From Antedon mediterranea (lineage: Eukaryota; Animalia; Echinodermata), in NCBI RefSeq assembly GCF_964355755.1, contig NC_092673.1, forward strand, positions 33,291,648-33,355,647: DNA of 64,000 nucleotides. Reading direction: 5' to 3'. Of the stretch, positions 54,349 through 63,300 are shown in pieces. The notes under the pieces are model-generated. The model saw nothing but the letters and a program-made list of their open reading frames with translations, was not told the DNA's origin and made no database searches. How positions within the stretch are numbered: the stretch's first letter is position 1; each line of letters starts with the position of its first letter. The translations under genes and the position numbers were made by a program.

Positions 54349-57300
54349 GTATTATGTTACCAGATAATTGTGAAGACGACATGACAGTTTGGTGATGACA
54401 TCCCTAATAAGGGGAGATTTTGTTGATCATACAGTCTTCCTTTATTATGGGGCAGGGGTCATACTGTACCCTAATCACTTCTCAACAGCATTTTAAAGAA
54501 CAAAAACCGAATCCTAGGCTTAATAAATAACAGAATATGTTTCCGTGGATGGATTTAGGCCTATTTGCGGTATGCAACTGAACGATGTACTAACAGTTAT
54601 GACTATACGAAACCCAATGGCGTAGGTATTCCGTACATGTATAACCATGTAGGCCTACAATGTACAATACCAACTAACGAAACTATTTCTTTAAACAGAA
54701 AGATATGTCCTATAGAAAGGTATGTCGTTATTATTGATACAGTGGACATGTGTATTAGGACTCCTTGGGGATGGGTTACATTTTATTCCGCTATATACAA
54801 TGAGTGGGCTTTACTCCGAAAGAAGATGATACACACAGGAGCAGTTGGCACGCGCAGCCACCATTGACAACAATTCTCGGTCTCATTGTTATCTCTTATT
54901 TTACATCACAGCTTGGAGATGCTGAAGAGGAATGATTGAGATAAGATAATGATGATCCAACAATGACCTTAGTAGGGGTAATATTATGGATTATGAAAAG
55001 TTCATCATGAAATATTTATCCAAGATCAAGATGAATATTAAAAATTAATCAAGGTAAATAGCATAAAGTCATAATCATAATAATAATATAATAATAACCG
55101 GATTTTTATAGCGCACATACGCTCATGATGAAGATATCGTGATGATTATGTAAATTTAATGATTATGTAAATTTAATGATGATGAAACTTAATCGTGATG
55201 AAAGTTAATCGTGATGATAATTAATCATGATGATTATGTAAATTTAATTACGATGAAAGTTATAATCGTGATGAAAGTTAATCGTGATGATTATGTAAAT
55301 TTAATCATGATGAAAGTTAATCGTGCTGAAAGTTAATCGCGATGAAAGTTAATCGTGATGATAATCCAAAGTTTATCGTGAAAATTAATCATGGTGATTA
55401 TGTAAATCTAATTACAATGAAATCTAATCGCGATGATTATCCAAAGTTAATCGTGATGAAAATTAATCATGGTGATTATGTAAATTTAATTACGATGAAA
55501 TTTAATCGTGATGAAAGTTAATCGTGATGATTATGTAAATGTAATTATGATGAAATTTAATAGTGATGATTATAAAGTTCGTGATGATTTAATATGTAAA
55601 GTTAATCGTGATGAGTACGTAAAGTTAATCGTGATGAAAGTTAATCGTGATGATGTCGGTGGTGAAAAATTATTTAAGGGGTACTTTTGACCACACAACG
55701 TCAGTGATACATTCACAACAATAAAAGTGACAACGCCATTGAATACGTATCATTAAAACTGTTCTCTAAATCCATCCTTTCGAACAAAACGAAGATAATC
55801 ACTTTTGATAAATACATTTCGAAACAAAAGGTATTACGAACTAAATCATGACACAAGTATAAATGACGTCATTACTTTATTACGTAAGTTGTAATAATTA
55901 ATTTTGGTAAAGTAATGAGATTTTCCCATGTTAGCTGAGTACATGTTTATATATCTTATTATAATATGTTTGGTTTATTGGATTTAGGTTATCAAATTTC
56001 TTGTATCGTCTTCCAAAGTGTTAAAGCTTTTGGCATCTGCATTCTTATTAAAATAATTGTATATAGTATAAAGAACACGACGATACTTGATGGTTGTAAA
56101 TAATTAAAAATTGAAATAAAATATACCGAAGTGTATAAACTATTGATCTAATTGTTAGGTTATTGTGAAATTCCATTACTACGACCTTTATATAGTGCAC
56201 TCGAAATTCTGGGTTGGTACGATGAACGATTTATAGTCCGAAAGCACTTCAGCTTCAGGTTATGTTGGATCTAAAAAGCTTGAAACGCGTTAAAAATCCC
56301 CATGTGAAAGATAGCCGAACTACTTCATAAATATAACTAAACCTAATAATCTCTCTCTCACTATAAAGTAAAAGCAGTAGCTCATGGGAATCGAACCCCA
56401 TACATCGACATGTAAAGTCCATAGTCTTATCCACTCGACTACACAGACGGCTCGACAGAAATCGTTTGCATTAGCGAATTGTAGTTAGCTTAATTCTTAC
56501 GTCACACCTTATAGATATGCCTAATGAATATTCATGTGTATTTTGTGACGTGAGGGGTCCCCAACTTATGTACGAACAGAAATATCGCCTCCCGGGCGCC
56601 GTTTACCGTACCTAAAGCGCTAACAATTCCATGGTTCTAGGTTCGCTCCTATGTGGAACATGTGTTCTCGGATAATTAGGGATAAGGACTATAAACCGTA
56701 GGTCCAGTACACAATTTGCTCGTATGGACATCTTTCGAGACGAGTAGGGGTTACTCCAGTGAATCGTTTCACAAAAAAACGTCTGTGCCAGGGCGAGTTA
56801 CCAACTATCTGATATGACAGTGATTAATTTAATGGTAGGCCTAATCCTGAAAATAAAATAAATAATAATAATAATAATAATACCACGGTTCCACCATATA
56901 AGAAATAAGATATAACTAGGCCTACTGGGTACGTATATAAGAAAATGGGGGACAATTACATAAAATAGGCCTACTAGTACTCTTAGTGGAATTTCAACTT
57001 ATTGTAGGGGAGATAGATTCGAGACAAAGGGTTTGAGAGAAAACTGGAACCTACACTATCACAGCATTCCGGCTCTTGTAATTCTTTTTTAGATAACAAA
57101 CAATCGAATATTGTTAACTTCGCTTCGATTATGATAATTTGCATATCGACAAATAATTCAAAAGCAAGTACATTCAACTCTCATTGCTCGAACACGACCT
57201 CGTGTGGCACACCAGTTTCAAAATGTTTACAAAAATCTGAACGCACACGTGCCTAAATATCGCTATTAAATATCGCCATTAAATATCGCTTTTCAATCAA

Positions 57301-60300
57301 GTAGAACTAATACACAACGGCACGTGATATACGATATTAACCAATGAAATTACAAGGAATTAATCAGGTGCGCTATCATAAAATATAATACGAAACATAG
57401 CTTAGGCCACATTAATGGAATAAATCATGCTCTTTTTTTCTATCGAGGTAAATTGCAATATATATCGGGGGTAAATATATTCTGCTGCGTTCAGACGCCA
57501 AACATTACACCGGTTAAACATCCGACATTATACCTCCGATGGAAAGTGCTAGGCCACCATGTGAACGGTGGCTTAAATGTAGATTCTATCGTGAGCGATC
57601 AACGAGACAGGTCGCTTTCGATTCGCTCTCATAAATCAACTCGCGAAGCATGTGATCGAGGCTTTACTTATCTTCTCCACGATGATGAACACGTTTCCAC
57701 GAGGACGCCAAATAAATGAATACATTTATTTATAAAACGACCAATTTTTCAGTATATGTAATTAAGATATAAATACTTTAAAAATGTAAGGTCAATTAGT
57801 AGTGAATATTCATTTAGTTTCGCGACCTTCGCAATTGTGTCGTTAATAAATATTATGCTTTCAAATGTGGTGGTAGGGAATTCAACATGATTTGAACTGG
57901 AAGGGAAAAAAGAAGTAGATATAATTTTTAGAATCCAGACCTGGCCTAGTAACAAGTAACATACCTTTATGTATACTAATAGATAACAATTTAAAAATCG
58001 TAGGCCTATTGCACATCAATTCTTCAGAGATATGACAAAACGTTGAAGAGTCGTCAGACAATCAAAAGCACCGCAGTTTCTTGTCTATTGACTACAAACT
58101 GTCTATGCACAGCCTCTTCAAATACGTTATCGCTTTTCTACAAGCCAGTTGAACTGCATAGTTCCAATCGGAAGAGAATTTTCCCCTTTCCCCCTTTTTT
58201 TTTATAGTAAGAGAGATTGTTTAGAGGGTTCAAGGTTCAATTAATATTTCTGTTTTTGGACATAACAGAGACATTCGCGAGTTTTGTTACCGCGCTTGAC
58301 CTGAAACAGCCCTGCAGTTTATTGGCTCTAGACATGACACCGGCTGCGAGAGTCGGCAGCTTATAATGTTGGTGTATTAATGGGGGAAAATGTAATCATC
58401 ATGGTTATCTTTAAGTAGGCTTATAGTAGGCATATTTGATTCTTCATTTAGTAACTAACCTTAAACGCATTCATTAAATCGAATTCCTTAATTTAAAAAA
58501 AAGTGGATGACAGGCGGAACCTTAAGGTCCCTATACAACTGTAGTAAGCCACCGCTATAAATTATAAATTTAAAAATCCATTTCAAAATTTAAGATATCA
58601 TTCTAGCATGATATGAGTCACTTTGAAATAGTAAAGTGTAGTAAGCATAGAGTATGCGTGACATGCGCAATGCAGAACATTGGACCGTGGCATTTTGATG
58701 TAATTATGCGAACTATTAGGGTGATGATTAGGACTGTAAATTAAATTCCACGATCGAAGCGAATCTGCATATATTGATGACTATTATTTGACTTGTCAAA
58801 AAAATCGTTGCTTGAATAAATACATAAATAAGTCAGTACATATCTTGTATTAATAATAAGGTCAAAAGTTGTTTTTTTTTCTAATAACGGAGGAAGCTGT
58901 ACAGTATATGTCTTTAATAGTATACATTATACGCATAGTATGAAAGGTTGACGCTTGGTATAAAATGTTGACGCTTGGTATAAAAGGTTGAGATATGGTA
59001 CGAAAGGTTGTAACGTGATCACAAAGTACACGTTGCGTGTATCTCCGTGCCACTGTTATTTGTATTATTTGTTTTTATCGTTCTCTTTAAATTTAAAAGT
59101 CCTTTTCTACAAATTCGACCTGATTTTTGTACTGACAGCATTCATCATGACGACTTGAGAATCTACTTAAGTATTCTGTATTGCGCAATTTTATAAATTA
59201 AAGATGAAGATCTACCATAAAAGTGACAAAAAGCAAATAGGTGATAGCTAACGACATAAATTAACAGACAATATACCATATTAGATCGTGCTTGGATATA
59301 ACAGCCTCGCAAAACGCACGCGAAAATTATTCGTGAAATGACGAATACTTTCGAGGAAAGACAATATCAAAAGGCACATTTTTGTTACCTTTTCCATTTA
59401 ATGAGATACGAGAAGACAAATTATTGTTTCTAATTTCCTTTTGGAAAATTTAATATCTTCCGGGTATATTACTAAGAAATATTTTCAATTTATAACGTTA
59501 TTAATAATACCGTAGGCCTAATTATATTCATTAATAATACATATTACAATTGGTGTATATTAGACTATACCACGCTACGAATATAAAGCGTATATATAAA
59601 TGCCCTAGACCGTGAGTCTAGGGACGACGAAGACGACATTAATATAGAAATGCGAAATAGTTCGTCCATAACATATTATTTAGTAGGTAGTGGATTCTAT
59701 AATTACAAACTACAACAAAATTAACAAGTTGATTGGCATTCATACGTCTTAAATGTACTACGTTCTAATCAAAGATAATGAATGAATGAAGTGAATCTTA
59801 GAACGAACTAATCATTACAGTAATTAGATGCTGATGTGGTTAGGACGGCAAGATAAGTCGTGTTTACACGCACTAGAGTTAAGCGGCGAGGTATTGAGAA
59901 GATACGTACAGTAATACTGTAGCGCATTATGCGTGGTTACCACTAGAACGCAACGCAGAAGTATCGACGCAAAGGGCTGTATTGCGTAATCACAAGTGGG
60001 AACCGACGACGCAACAGTGCTGCAAAAAGCAGCTCGAGGATGATAAGTTGTGTTAAAAGGAGTTTAAAGATTGTTAGTTTGTTTTGCAAAAAGGAACCAT
60101 TTTAATTATGGTTGGTGTTACTGACAATTGCAGACTGCAGTAAATTGAGCTGATTTGAGAGCAACTTGTTTTTAATTGTAACTATACTAAGCTGTGTAAA
60201 GCTTGGTTCCCACTAGAACGTAACGCAAGGACGTAAACGCAACGCAACGCAAGCGTTTTAACCAATGACAAGCGAAGTTATAGACAGTTAGCAATGACAA

Positions 60301-63300
60301 GCAAATAGGCCATCGCTTGTGATTGGTCAATTCACTTGCGTTGCGTTACGTCCTTGCGTTGCGTCGCTAGTGGAAACCACGATTTAGCGTGGTTCCCACT
60401 AGAACGCAACGTTTGGAAGGACATTTTCTTACGTTGCTTAGATTGCGTTACGTTGCGTAGATTGCGTTACATTGCGTCGCTAGTTGGCACCAAGCTTTAG
60501 TGTGTATATCTATAGTGTACATGAGAACGGTCGTGCTAGTTGTGGTCGGTGTGGTTGATGGTTATGACTATTGAAAATGATGATGATATTAATATGATAG
60601 AGATGATAACATTAAGGACAGGTGATGATAACAAATGTTTATGACGGCCATGATAAAACACATGTTATTATTTGTTAAGCTTGGTTCCCACTAGAACGTA
60701 ACGCAAGGACGTAAACGCAACGCAAGCGTTTTAACCAATGACAAGCGAAGTTATAGACAGTTAGCAATCACAAGCGAATAAGCCATCGCGTGTGATTGGT
60801 CAATTCACTTGCGTTACGTTACGTCCTTGTGTTGCGTCGCTAGTGGGAACCACGCTTTACATGTACGAGTAAATTCTAGAAGTTTAAGCAGAAATTATGT
60901 TCTAAGAGGAGAAATAAGTGGTTGGTTTGTGTCCAATGGTAAACGTGTTTTACACGTTTGAATTAGGAAAAACGAATGAATATCTACAATTAGGCCTAAT
61001 CAAATTTGTCATATTATCATCGTTTATAAATTCTACTTGTCCATATAATTATGAAGACAATGTTCGTTATCATACCATGAACAGATCATTAGATACACGC
61101 TGATTAAGATAGTAACGAGTTGTGTACGCGCGCGTTAATTCTGTGCCACTTCATACGCGTCACTGCCGACATAATATACCTGTAAAAACGCAAAGTTAAT
61201 ATACATAATATGGAACGCCAATATTAGAAAGCCAATGGATATTTATAATTATGCTATGTATTGACTTTAATAACAATGCATGTTCTATCCTTGACAATTA
61301 CAAGTTATTGATTATTCGACGTGACATTTGACATGCAAAACTCAATGGACTGAAGAGCAACGACAACAGCCTTGTCATCGTTTGGAATTATAAAAACTCA
61401 TTTTAAATTGGATTAATGTAATTACTCTCGTCGTTGGCTAATATCTAAAAAATTAATTAGTATCGAATATAGACCTAATAAATGTGATGTTTTGAGTGGC
61501 CGGAAAAAAAAGTATGCGACGTACTAGTGTGAATTATCGGATCGCTTATATATATTATTTTCTTGAACTGGATTAAAGTGGATTACACTATTTGGTCTTG
61601 TAGGCTAATTATGAAATGCATAATTATGAATAGTAAAATGATCTCTTTATTTCCTTTATCCATGTATCATCCTATTGTTAAAGTGGTATCATAGCAAATA
61701 GTTTGTTAGTAAGTCTGTCAGTATTGATGCCTACAAAAGACCAATCTCAAATTTACGGCAGAAATTATATTTTTGAGTCCAGTTTGGTGATTTAGTAGAT
61801 CCGCCCTTGTATACAAAAGTGAAATGCGTAAAATATAATATGAAAGAAAAAGGAGTAACCATACAAACAATGGAGAGGTAGACCTACAAACATACATATG
61901 GGATTGACAAAAGATCAATGGATGTCACTGTTCCGTAGACCTAACATTTAGCAGAAATTTTGCGCCAGGTCGGACCATGCCAAGAACTATCTAAAATAAG
62001 ATACTATAGGCCTAGAAATAATGAAACCAAACACGACGAAACAAATTTACGACGAGAAAATCAGTATTATCATTTTGCAGTCTATAAATCATAATGATAA
62101 AGGGACTAGGCGTTAACACACCAGACGCATTAACAGTATTCTGAATAAGATATGTGAAATAAGTATAGTATACAGTCATATTGCTAATAAACTAGGCCGT
62201 TGTGGTCATCCCACTAGGCCGTTGTGGTCATCCCACTAGGCCGTTGTGGTCATCCCACTAGGCCGTTGTGGTCATCCCACTAGGCCGTTGTGGTCATCCC
62301 ACTAGGCCGTTGTGGTCATCCCACTAGGCCGTTGTGGTCATCCCACTAGGCCGTTGTGGTCATCCCACTAGGCGTTAAATACACAAAGATCCGCTGCATC
62401 AGATACATTAGAAACATTAGAAATAAATTAACTAGGCCATGTAGGCCCAGGCGTTAATACAACAGGAGCTACATTACAGAAAAATGCCATGTGTAGTTAG
62501 TGAAGAGATAGTCAGACATGAAATGGTAAAAGACCAGCTGCTGGGCCACTATTTAACATCTGTGAGAGTGACAAAGTTAATCTGGATACTTCTTATATTA
62601 ATGCATTATGATGACGATATAAAACTGTTGCATAATTCATGAGAAGCAATTATTCATAAGAATATGGAAATATGTATCATGCGTTATGTGTTGATTTCTG
62701 TTGAAAGCAGAATAAAAAGAAATAGTGATGGCCATGCATGAATATTACTGTATATTATAATACTATTATATAATATGTTATATAATATATGCATTTAAAA
62801 TAAATAAGTTGACATAAAAAGTTCCCGTTGCAATTTATACTCTTCTCCAGGTAACTAATAACCAAAAAAATGGTAGGCCTAGTAATCCAACGTATACACA
62901 TAATTACAATACAATTTCAAATTGACCAATATATAAAGTCAAATAAGAACGAATTTCAGTCAAATAAATTAATACAAATGTCAAGCAAAACGTAGGCCAC
63001 AAAATAATATAAAACATTATCAAAAATATAAGTGTACGGTCGATAAATACGTATGAATAGTCTGTCATAATAGGAATATCCTTCCACGAATAGCTGAGTA
63101 GTATATAATGATTATAATATTATAATTACATAGAGACGGAAATGTCAAAATCTTCAAATAAAGACGAATAATAATAAAGTTTACTTGCTTAGACGTTTTT
63201 AAAATATGTAGCAATGTTATCATTAATTTCTAATTGATATTTTAATTAATCACACTATTCAAAGAAATAGAATCAATTGCTTCGTGTAGGTATTATACGG

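Noticed and set aside
62191-62372. CRISPR-like array
   Set aside because: Eight identical 22-bp units abut with no unique spacers; eukaryotic intron with no cas genes
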